Positions 9,077 through 18,223 of a DNA stretch of 53,808 nucleotides are shown here, piece by piece; positions within the stretch are counted from its first letter, which is position 1; each line of letters begins with the position of its first letter. Position numbers and translations under genes: made by a program. This stretch comes from a virus. Its lineage: Duplodnaviria; Caudoviricetes. A model generated the notes under the pieces. That model had not been told where the DNA came from, ran no database searches, and saw only the letters and a list, made by a program, of their open reading frames with translations. The stretch covers positions 1 to 53,808 of IMG/VR virus record IMGVR_UViG_3300020294_000007. The stretch is one strand, 5' to 3'.

Positions 9077-10681
9077 ATGGAGAGCACACTAAACGTATTA
9101 GACGGTATAAGAGACATAGAGAAAGCCATTGGTCCTAATGTCCCTGCGCTAGAAGCAAGAGCAAAAACTTCTATAAGCGACAAACTAGCTGTAGGGCTGG
9201 TCTTGGAACAAACTAAAGGTATTTTAAATGCGTTATCCAATGACATAAAAGCTAAGACCACTATAGTGCCCGAAGATGTTTTAACGCAGACAGCGAAAGA
9301 AGTTGAAAACATGATTGTACCCGGAGGCATACCATCTTTAACTCCTGAAACAATGACAGCATCAACCGTAGGCGGTATCGGTAACCAAAATTTGATGCGC
9401 CAACGTGCGGCTCTTAACAAGTTAGGACAACCACAAGGACAGCCACAAGGACAACCTACCCGGAGACCAGCACAAGGAGTTACTGGCTTGCCTACTAGTC
9501 TAGGTGGTATAGCTACAGGAGCCAGAGGCGGTATCGTGGCTTTTGCAGGAGGTGGGTTAGGAGAGGAGGAACCTCTTGAGTCCATAACTGCCACAGGGAA
9601 AAGAATACCTTCCGCAGGATATGGTTTTGAACCTGAAGGCAGAGACTTTGCAGGGACAGATGATTTTACCGTACCCATGGTCAGAAGAGCAAAAGACGAT
9701 CCTAATTACAGTAGTACAAGGCGTAGAGATGCGGTAGAAGAAGTAGAAGAAGTAGAAGAAGTAGAAGAAGATAAAGAAGATCCTATAGTAAGTGCAGCCA
9801 TAGACATAAATAAAAAGGCAAAAACGAGTGAGAATGTAGAAAACCTTCTTGAAACTGAAACTCCTGAGGCTGAAGAAGAACCGAGTGAAGGTGATACACC
9901 TACAGGAGAGTTTAAAAAATTACTGTTTGGTGACGGTGAAGATGATATAGGGTTATTTGGAAAACTAGAAAAATTAAACACAAAATATGATGATGATACT
10001 GCTGAACTACTGAAGAGAAGAAAAATTAGTTTCTTTGGAGGTCCGGGGGTTGACCCTGAAATGCTCTCCAGAATTAGTGCTGCTATGGCAGATAAGAAGA
10101 GTTTTGCAGGAGGTGTAAGTGCAGGGGGCGTAGCTGCGGCTCAGTTTAATAAGGAACAAAGAGAATTAGCGCAAGAACGGCTAGATAAAAAACGTGACGC
10201 ACAAGCCGATATAGTCACTAGAGAGATAGAGATTGCTAAAGAAATTTACGGAGAATCATCTACTGAGGCAAGAGAGCTACGCAATTATAAACTAGCCATA
10301 GAAAAATTTGGATTTGAAGTAGTTAAAGCTAAAGCTTCTGCTGAAGTAAGTATGCAACAGGTAGCGAATCAATTACTTAGAATTACAACCGATGAAACCA
10401 TACGAAAAGCTGCAAACGACATAGCCAAAGAAACAAATAGAATATCGAGAGTTAAAGCTAGAGATGCAAATGCAGATGCTATGAATGACGCATTGTTTAA
10501 TTATGCAAAAGTCCTTAACGATCAAGTTGCTATCATACGAGATCAGATAATAAAAGATGAAGCTAGCACAGCAGGAAAGGATAAAGTAAGGCTAGAAACT
10601 CTTTTGAAACAAGCACAGGCAACAGCCGATGCTGTAAACGAAGCTATAGCAACTAGAGTTCCTGCTCTACTTGGACCTTAA
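9077..10681 (+). CDS. Putative internal virion protein
   Basis: 534 aa, helical C-half; ARGGIVAFAGGG motif; GGAG RBS. Confidence 0.6.
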   Translation: MESTLNVLDGIRDIEKAIGPNVPALEARAKTSISDKLAVGLVLEQTKGILNALSNDIKAKTTIVPEDVLTQTAKEVENMIVPGGIPSLTPETMTASTVGGIGNQNLMRQRAALNKLGQPQGQPQGQPTRRPAQGVTGLPTSLGGIATGARGGIVAFAGGGLGEEEPLESITATGKRIPSAGYGFEPEGRDFAGTDDFTVPMVRRAKDDPNYSSTRRRDAVEEVEEVEEVEEDKEDPIVSAAIDINKKAKTSENVENLLETETPEAEEEPSEGDTPTGEFKKLLFGDGEDDIGLFGKLEKLNTKYDDDTAELLKRRKISFFGGPGVDPEMLSRISAAMADKKSFAGGVSAGGVAAAQFNKEQRELAQERLDKKRDAQADIVTREIEIAKEIYGESSTEARELRNYKLAIEKFGFEVVKAKASAEVSMQQVANQLLRITTDETIRKAANDIAKETNRISRVKARDANADAMNDALFNYAKVLNDQVAIIRDQIIKDEASTAGKDKVRLETLLKQAQATADAVNEAIATRVPALLGP

Positions 10682-10686
10682 CTATA

Positions 10687-13600
10687 ATGTCAGAAGCAGA
10701 GCAGTGGCTGGATTGGTTAGAGAATAATGAAGATTCTCCAGACTTCAATGAAGTAAGCACAGCCTTTCTACGAAAACGTGCTGGTGATAGAGAATTTGCA
10801 AACGAAGTCAATGCTATATTAGGTGAGCCTAAACCTGAACCTGAAAGAAGGCCCCGAAGAAGACCTGAAATAGTACCTGATCCTGAACCTGAAGCAAGAA
10901 CGCAAGCTTCAGTGGTACAACCTTTTGGTACTCAACCTACAGAACGTCTCGAAGAACCTACACTTACGTCTACCCCTGCTAGTCTCCCTGCTACAGATGA
11001 AGATGAGTTAAACGCTTTTGAACGGGGGCTAAAGTCCGGTAAAGATTACGGAGACCTAATGTTTGGTTCTGCTCTTGAAGGGGTGGGTAAAAAACTAGGT
11101 ATAGAAAGTCTTGTAGACTACGGGTTAGAGGTTCAACAATCTAACCAGACAGAGCTAGATAAAATACAAGGAGCCATGCTCACATTAGATGATGTAAATG
11201 ATGTGGGTAGCTTTGGAAGTTGGGCAGCACAGACCGTAGGACAAACTTTACCACTTACTGCAACTAGTATTGGTGCCGCAATTCTTGGTGCAAAAGCTGC
11301 TCCTATCTTAGGTGTAAGTGCTGGTATAGCTGGACTCGCTACAGCAGCAGGATCTCAAATACCTTTCTTCTATGGAGGCAACAGAGAAGCACAGAAAGAA
11401 GCCATATCCCAAGGATTAAGAACAGAAATGAGCGAAGGCGCGGCTCTTTTAACTGCTATCCCTCAAGCTACTCTCGATGTCTTTGCTGAAAAGCTCCAGT
11501 TAAGAGGGGCCGCTGATATTTTAGGTAATTTAATTAAAAGAGATGGAGGGCTTCTTACCAGAATAGGTAAAGGCGGGGTAAGGAGTTTAGGTAAAGGTGT
11601 AGTATCAGAAGTGCCTACTGAAGTGGGGCAGTTAGTGCTAGAAAAGGTCCAAGCAGGAGGGCTACAGAGTTTAAATAGTGATGAATTTGTAGATGAAGTT
11701 ATAGAAACAGCCGCAGCCGCAGCCCTAGTGGGTGAAAGTATTGGTGTTACCACAGGAGCCTTAGGTCTGGATAGGTCTCGATATGAGGCGGGTATAGACG
11801 AAGATGCGCGACTAGCTAGAATGTCAGAAGAAGAGAGAAATCTGTTAGATGACGAAATAGAAGAAGACATGTTAGCAGATGACGCGGTAGATGCAGCGTC
11901 TGAAGAAGAAATAGATGCAGAAAGAGAACGACAAAGAGCAGAGGAAAAAGAACGAAAGGAAGCCGAAGAAACCAAAGTTGCAGCCGAAATCACCGATGAA
12001 CAGGTAGCACAGGTAACAGGCGAAGAGGTAGCAGGTGGAGAAGGAATTGAGGGCACAGTTACAAAAAGCGGAGAAGGACCTGAAGGAGAAGCTGAGAGAA
12101 CAGACGATCAAAAAGTGGGAGAGGGTAGTGAGGAAGAAGTTAAGAAAGAAGATGACCTCGGATTGGAAGAAGCTAAAAAAGAACTAACTCAATTAAGACA
12201 AGAATGGAACGAGCTTACCGATAACGGTACTAAATCTCCTAATGATTATACTGATGAAGAAGCAGACAGAATAGAAACGATAGAAGGTAGAGTATACGAA
12301 ATAGACGCTTTTTATAACCGTGAAAACCTGCAAAAAGAAAAAGAAGTTACGAGTATAGTTGATGCGATTGAAGCTAAAAGCACAGATACTGGCACTGGTA
12401 CTGGTACTGTGGCTGCTGATGAAACTGGCGCTGGCCCTAAGGTGGATACAGAAAAACAAGATGCTCCTCCTGTTGATGCTTCTACCGATGCTCCTGCTAC
12501 TACCCCTCTTGTTGACGCAGAGTTAGCTAACAGACGAAAGAGTTTAAATGCGCGGCTAAATAAAGCTGAGAAGCTAGGCGCTGAGTCTGCAATAAGGCAA
12601 AGAACCGTAAAGGTAACACAAGAGTTTCTAGCTTCAGATGCCTCTAAAAATTTAACTGACAAACAGAGAGCAACACTTCAGGGTAAGCTAGAAAAACTAG
12701 TCAGTAAACCTACTAAGGGTCCCTCTGTTGCTTTTGAAAAAGATGCTCCTAAAAAGACGGATGAAACAAGAGAAACAGTCACTGAGGTGCTCGAAAAAGC
12801 ACAAAAACCCGTTAAAGGTGAGGCAGCAGCAAACTTTGCAGAAGCATCTCGTATTGCTGGAGAACGAAAGTCTGAAATTGCTCTGTCAGATATAGAGAAA
12901 AAGAAGTATGAAGAGGGCCTTGAGTTTGAGAAAGACGTTGCGGGAAACATAAAATTTCCAGAGGGGACATCTTTAAAAGAAAAAAGGATGCTAATTCAGG
13001 AAACTGAACAACAAATAAAACAGTCAAAAAAAGATCTTGCAAAAGTAAAAGCTAGTGAAGAAGCGGGTTTAGCTACTCCGGCTCCGCTTTTGAAAAAAAC
13101 TACAGAAAAAGATTTTGCAACAGATTCAGATAGAGTAGCTGCAACTAACCTACTAAAAACACAGATAAGTAAAAAAACAAAAAAGGGAAATGAAGAAAAG
13201 GCAAGAAACTATTTTGCAGGTATGGAGAGGGTAGAGGACGGTTTAGCTTTTCTAGCTTTTGATGTGGCTACAGACGCACCGGAATTTACCAGAAGTAGGA
13301 GTTTAACAGGTCAAGAAAATGCTTTGTTTAATAAGACAGGTGGTAGAAACGCCACAGAAGCAGATGCTTGGGTACGAGAAAATTTTGATAAATCAACGGT
13401 AGATAAATACGAAAGTCTTAAAGCAAATTACAAAGCAAGACTACAAAGAGGCACCCTAGCAGAAAAAGCCGAAAGTAGTTCTAAACTAAAAAGTTATTTT
13501 GCATACAAGGGCAAGGACAGAAAAGATCCTACAAACATAGTGCGCTCGTTAATTCAAGGAGAAGGCTATGTGATGAGCGCAGCAGATTTAGCCAAGGGTC

Positions 13601-16600
13601 CAGTGGACCGTCCAGTTACAGAACGAAGAGAAGCATTAACGGTAGACGATAAAAAATTACTAGCTGCCTTAGAAGCTGAACGAAAAAGAATAGAAGCTTT
13701 TAGAGAAAATGCAGACGTAGATAAAGAAGAAGTAAAAGCTGCTCTTAAAGCCATACTTGAAGCTAAAAAAAGAGTTAGAGCTATAAAAAAGAATTTACGC
13801 CCTGCGTCCAGAAAAATAGAAAAAAGAACAAGTGAAGCAGAAGAAGCCGCCCTTGGACCTACAAAAACTAGAGTTCCTTATGGTGGAACACCGGGAGGCA
13901 AACCATTTATAGCTTACATACCCCCTCCTGAACTTAAAAAAGCCCCAACACCACTTGGTCCTGAACGTAAACTTGTTTTGGGAGACGCAATATCCACAGG
14001 TGTTGGTGATATTACTATTGTTCCTGCTACTTTAGCCCTACCTGCAAATCTAGTTTCTGCATTAAATGCAACATTGAATCCGAGAATAATACAAGCGTTG
14101 CGGCAAGGAGATCTGCGGTTAGCACTGGGGCTGTTAGAAGGGTATGCCGATAACGTGTCCAAAGACAGTAAAGACTATTTTAAATTTATACAGGCTATCG
14201 CTGAAACGTTTCCTACAATGCTGGGCAACACAAAAGTTGAAATAGTAAATAACCTGAAGAATGAGGCTGGAGTAAGTGTAGCCGGGTTGTTTGATCCTAC
14301 AACTAATACTGTAAAACTAGATTCTGAACGAGGACTAAATACTCACGTATTACTGCACGAACTTACCCATGCGCTAACCAGTGCGACACTGGGAAATAAA
14401 TCTAATCCTGTTACTAAAGCACTGAAAAAGTTGTTTGAAGAAACTCGTGGTCTGTTAGACACCACCTACGGCACCTCAAGTTTAGATGAGTTTGTAGCTG
14501 AAGCCTTTAGTAATATGGAGTTTAGAAGCAAACTAGCTGCCCTATACCCCAAGAACAGCGCATCCAGTGCGTTTACCAAGTTTAAGAATCAAGTGCTTAG
14601 AATGTTAAACACTGTTTTAACGAAGGTAAATATAAAGGCCATAGAGCTAGACCCAGAAGTGGATGCCTCAGAAACTATTTTATCTAACGTAGGACGTTTA
14701 GCCAGTGCCATATTAGCTCCAGCCCCAGAAAGCAGGAACGCCACCGAGTTAGCCGCTGACCCCGAAAAGATAGTGGATAACTTAGAAAGTATTCAAGACC
14801 AGCTAATAAACAACAAAGGCATTACCCAAGCAGGTATTAGAGATAGGTTAAGGGAACTAACAAAGTCTTCAAGTGACCAAGTGTTTAACTTGTTAATGAG
14901 GTTTGTAGACAGCGCAGACGCGGCTTACATGGGTAGGTTTTTTGGGGAAGACGTAGCATTAAAAGCAAGAGAATTGTTTGAAACTTTATTAGAACAAAGA
15001 GGTGCTTTAGATAAAAAAGATAAACGAATAAAAAAGATAAACGCAGAGCACAGTAAATGGTACAGCAAAGTAGGGTATAAAGGTAAGCGTCTATTAGACA
15101 GGCTCATATACGACATTAATTTTGGAGCTACCATAACCGGAGTTGACCCTTTGTTTTCAAAAGACCAAGCTCTCGCTGCCTATGCAAATGACCCAACTGA
15201 AATAACCATAACAGAAGGTAAAGACGCTGCAGGGAAAGATATCGTAAAGACCGTTGACAAAATGTACATATGGAATAAACAACGTAGGTACGTAAACGAA
15301 TTAACTAAATTAAAAGCCGATAACCTTGACGGTATGAAAGTGTATACCGAGATGCGTGACTTTTATAAGCAACAATACTTAGACGCTGAAAAATCTATTA
15401 ATGTAAATTTAGACAATATATTAGGCGAAGATACCGCTTCAGAAGTAAAAAAAGATTTAATGAGTAAGTTGTTCGATAGAAAGTTGTTAGACGTATACTT
15501 TCCGTTAGCTAGAGAAGGTAAATATAAAGTGGTTTGGCACTCTATGCAACGAGAAGCAGAGGGTAAAGATCCTGTAATGATGGTAATGGTGGACACTGAA
15601 TCCCAAGCTAAAAGACTAGTTAAACAATTAAAAGCAGATAAAGCCAATGTTGACTCAACTAAAAACCCCTTTAAGGGTAGTGGGGTAGCAGGGCCACAGT
15701 ATTTTGAAGGAGAGTTTGATAGTAAATCCTTTGAAGATAATAGCCCCGCTAACTCAACAATGACTAAAATATTAAATAAAGTTGATGAGTTACCTAAAAC
15801 TGACGAAACTGAGACTTTAAAAGAAAACATCATGCAGTTGTATTTGCAGACGTTGCCTGAGACTTCATTTGCTCAAGCATTTCAAGCAAGAAAGGGCACA
15901 CCGGGGTATATAATAGACGCTAAGTACGCCTTCAATAGAAAAGCCTACGACATAGCAAGGCAGTCCACACGTATAGAATACGCACGAAAACTTAGAAATA
16001 TAGAAACTGATATAGGTAATCTAAAATATAGTGCTGATAGAGATGTAACTCAAAGCAAGTTTGGATTATTTAAACAAAGACTAATTGAAGACGCACAAAG
16101 TGGGTATAATCCTCCTTCGGGGTTTGGGACTCGCGTTTCAACATTATTGAATCAATTTGCATTTTTACAAACTATTTCATATAACGTGTCTTCTGCTGCG
16201 ATACAGACATTTCAAGTACCCTTTATAGTCTATACAGCGTTAGCGTCCAAGTACGGGTGGGGGAATGCCACTAAAGCAATATTACATGACGCTTCTGGGC
16301 TAGTGCTAACTTCATTTGATTTCGGGGATTCTAAAATACCTGAAGCAGGTATAGATACTTACTTTGATGTAACGCTGGATGCTAATAATAACGAAATATA
16401 TACATTAAAAGAAAAACATAAAAAAGGATTAAGTCCTTCAAAACTAAAAAAACTAGAAGACTTAGCCCCACTAGTAAAAGTAGCAGTAGACGGCAACCAA
16501 CTTAACAGAACTTTCTTTGCTGATGCTATGGGATTAGATGAAAGCGGTAGACCCATCGATGGAACTACAGGAAAACCCCAAGAACTTTGGCGTAATTTTA

Positions 16601-17838
16601 TGGGTCTTGGGGCTACAGTTTTTAACAGCGCAGACAGGTTTAACAGACAGGTTAGCATGGTAGCTTTTTATCAATTAGAGTTGAATAAGCTTAGAAAGGG
16701 CAAAAAGAACGCCAAACTAACCGAAGAACAAATGATACAAGCAGCAAGAGATGCTGTGTACGCGGCCACAGAAACTAATGGGGGCACGTTCATAGAAACA
16801 GGAGCACCCATATCAAAAGGCAATATTGGTCGAGTAGCTACTATGTACAAGACCTACGGTTTTAAAATGTATTTTCTGTTGTTTAAAAATTTCTTCAATA
16901 TGATTGGTAGATTTATACCGCCTGACGCTCCCAATAAAAAAGAAATACAAAAACAAGCAGCTACTATGTTTATGGGTAATACGCTTATGACTGCGGCTGT
17001 ATTGGGGGTACAAAGCACTTTTATATACGGGGCAGTTAAAGCTTTTGCGGCCTTACAAGATTTAATATCTGGAGAAGATGAAAATATAGATGAAAAATTA
17101 AGACAGGCTATGACAGAAGGTTTTTACAAAGGTGGATTAGTAGCATTGTCTGGAATAGATGTAACGAATCGAGCGCAGTTTAATGAACTGCTTCTCCAAA
17201 CTAATAAATACAATACCGTTGTAGATCCCGAACGATTTATATTTGAGCTTTTTGGAGGTCCGGCAGCAGGTACAGCCATAGACTTTTATGAAGGTCTGAG
17301 AGACGTAATAAAGCCTACTGGGAATAAAGTAGATTTAGAGCGTGGTATAGAAAAAATGCTACCCCCTGCATTTTCTAACATGTTTAAAGCCAGAGGGCGT
17401 TTAGCCAACGAAGGCTACCTTACTAGATCAGGTAACCCCGTGTATGAGGATGTATCTCAAGGCGAGTTAATCTTTCAGTTTTTTGGTTTCGCTCCTGCAG
17501 AGTATGTACGTAGGACAGAAGAAGCTTTAACTAGAAGAAAGATAGCTAAAAATATAATAACTAGACGAAGTGCATTAACGAAACAGTTAAACAACGCTTA
17601 CAGCCAAAATGATATGGCAGAGATACTTAAAGTAACCAGACGTATAACAAAATTTAACAAAGATGTAGGCCCCAAATATCCTGATGCAGTAATACTTCCT
17701 TCAGAAGAAGAAAATTCCAGAAAGTCTTTTTACAATGCTAAAACCAACGTTTATAACGGAGTTAGTCTGCCTCCTAAATTTGGTAGTGACATAGCCACTC
17801 AAATTAGATTTATGCAAGAAGCAGAAACAGAAGATTAA
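10687..17838 (+). CDS. Giant polyvalent-type virion/ejection protein with zincin metallopeptidase motif
   Basis: 2383 aa; LHELTHA...DEFVAEAF (HExxH plus downstream E); YFPLAREGKY resembles the PLxRFG domain signature; last gene of the structural arm. Confidence 0.7.
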   Translation: MSEAEQWLDWLENNEDSPDFNEVSTAFLRKRAGDREFANEVNAILGEPKPEPERRPRRRPEIVPDPEPEARTQASVVQPFGTQPTERLEEPTLTSTPASLPATDEDELNAFERGLKSGKDYGDLMFGSALEGVGKKLGIESLVDYGLEVQQSNQTELDKIQGAMLTLDDVNDVGSFGSWAAQTVGQTLPLTATSIGAAILGAKAAPILGVSAGIAGLATAAGSQIPFFYGGNREAQKEAISQGLRTEMSEGAALLTAIPQATLDVFAEKLQLRGAADILGNLIKRDGGLLTRIGKGGVRSLGKGVVSEVPTEVGQLVLEKVQAGGLQSLNSDEFVDEVIETAAAAALVGESIGVTTGALGLDRSRYEAGIDEDARLARMSEEERNLLDDEIEEDMLADDAVDAASEEEIDAERERQRAEEKERKEAEETKVAAEITDEQVAQVTGEEVAGGEGIEGTVTKSGEGPEGEAERTDDQKVGEGSEEEVKKEDDLGLEEAKKELTQLRQEWNELTDNGTKSPNDYTDEEADRIETIEGRVYEIDAFYNRENLQKEKEVTSIVDAIEAKSTDTGTGTGTVAADETGAGPKVDTEKQDAPPVDASTDAPATTPLVDAELANRRKSLNARLNKAEKLGAESAIRQRTVKVTQEFLASDASKNLTDKQRATLQGKLEKLVSKPTKGPSVAFEKDAPKKTDETRETVTEVLEKAQKPVKGEAAANFAEASRIAGERKSEIALSDIEKKKYEEGLEFEKDVAGNIKFPEGTSLKEKRMLIQETEQQIKQSKKDLAKVKASEEAGLATPAPLLKKTTEKDFATDSDRVAATNLLKTQISKKTKKGNEEKARNYFAGMERVEDGLAFLAFDVATDAPEFTRSRSLTGQENALFNKTGGRNATEADAWVRENFDKSTVDKYESLKANYKARLQRGTLAEKAESSSKLKSYFAYKGKDRKDPTNIVRSLIQGEGYVMSAADLAKGPVDRPVTERREALTVDDKKLLAALEAERKRIEAFRENADVDKEEVKAALKAILEAKKRVRAIKKNLRPASRKIEKRTSEAEEAALGPTKTRVPYGGTPGGKPFIAYIPPPELKKAPTPLGPERKLVLGDAISTGVGDITIVPATLALPANLVSALNATLNPRIIQALRQGDLRLALGLLEGYADNVSKDSKDYFKFIQAIAETFPTMLGNTKVEIVNNLKNEAGVSVAGLFDPTTNTVKLDSERGLNTHVLLHELTHALTSATLGNKSNPVTKALKKLFEETRGLLDTTYGTSSLDEFVAEAFSNMEFRSKLAALYPKNSASSAFTKFKNQVLRMLNTVLTKVNIKAIELDPEVDASETILSNVGRLASAILAPAPESRNATELAADPEKIVDNLESIQDQLINNKGITQAGIRDRLRELTKSSSDQVFNLLMRFVDSADAAYMGRFFGEDVALKARELFETLLEQRGALDKKDKRIKKINAEHSKWYSKVGYKGKRLLDRLIYDINFGATITGVDPLFSKDQALAAYANDPTEITITEGKDAAGKDIVKTVDKMYIWNKQRRYVNELTKLKADNLDGMKVYTEMRDFYKQQYLDAEKSINVNLDNILGEDTASEVKKDLMSKLFDRKLLDVYFPLAREGKYKVVWHSMQREAEGKDPVMMVMVDTESQAKRLVKQLKADKANVDSTKNPFKGSGVAGPQYFEGEFDSKSFEDNSPANSTMTKILNKVDELPKTDETETLKENIMQLYLQTLPETSFAQAFQARKGTPGYIIDAKYAFNRKAYDIARQSTRIEYARKLRNIETDIGNLKYSADRDVTQSKFGLFKQRLIEDAQSGYNPPSGFGTRVSTLLNQFAFLQTISYNVSSAAIQTFQVPFIVYTALASKYGWGNATKAILHDASGLVLTSFDFGDSKIPEAGIDTYFDVTLDANNNEIYTLKEKHKKGLSPSKLKKLEDLAPLVKVAVDGNQLNRTFFADAMGLDESGRPIDGTTGKPQELWRNFMGLGATVFNSADRFNRQVSMVAFYQLELNKLRKGKKNAKLTEEQMIQAARDAVYAATETNGGTFIETGAPISKGNIGRVATMYKTYGFKMYFLLFKNFFNMIGRFIPPDAPNKKEIQKQAATMFMGNTLMTAAVLGVQSTFIYGAVKAFAALQDLISGEDENIDEKLRQAMTEGFYKGGLVALSGIDVTNRAQFNELLLQTNKYNTVVDPERFIFELFGGPAAGTAIDFYEGLRDVIKPTGNKVDLERGIEKMLPPAFSNMFKARGRLANEGYLTRSGNPVYEDVSQGELIFQFFGFAPAEYVRRTEEALTRRKIAKNIITRRSALTKQLNNAYSQNDMAEILKVTRRITKFNKDVGPKYPDAVILPSEEENSRKSFYNAKTNVYNGVSLPPKFGSDIATQIRFMQEAETED

Positions 17839-17917
17839 GGGAAGATTTTAGTAAAAGGCTTCTTCTGATAGAATCTTCCACGAAGTGTATAAGGTAGAAA
17901 AACTAGATATTACAATT

Positions 17918-17941
17918 AAAAACCCCCCAGTGAAGGGGGGT
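17918..17941 (-). terminator. Intrinsic terminator between convergent arms
   Basis: ACCCCCC-AGTGAA-GGGGGGT hairpin with a T-run on the - strand. Confidence 0.7.
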
Positions 17942-17986
17942 ATACGTAGGAGAACGACAGATTGTTGGACTGTCGAGCAGATCCTA

Positions 17987-18223
17987 TCACAAAGTTCTCC
18001 ATGCTCGCACCCCCCAAAGCCTGTTTTCTACCCTTATATCTAAGATATAACTCCATTTTTTAGTATTAAGCACCGATTCAAGCTGTTTTTTCGCTTTCGT
18101 GGTGTCTACACAAGGTATAAATACGGAAGACCCTACCTCCATAGCATCCCAATCCACGGTTATTCTCACCCCATCAGGGTGCAGATCATAGGTTCTTACT
18201 ATCTCCAGACTCTTCATCTTCAT
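17987..18223 (-). CDS. Hypothetical protein
   Basis: ORF overlapping the primase 3' end; W..MEVGSSVFIPC and GVRAWR motifs. Confidence 0.7.
   Translation of the reverse strand: MKMKSLEIVRTYDLHPDGVRITVDWDAMEVGSSVFIPCVDTTKAKKQLESVLNTKKWSYILDIRVENRLWGVRAWRTL

Noticed and set aside
2155-17013. Numerous - strand ORFs opposite the structural genes (and + strand ORFs opposite the replication genes)
   Set aside because: Antisense shadows of long genes with Ser/Phe-rich mirror composition.
10687-17838. Virion RNA polymerase call for the giant protein
   Set aside because: I could not identify T7/N4-type or DxDGD-type polymerase motifs by eye; left as an open check only.
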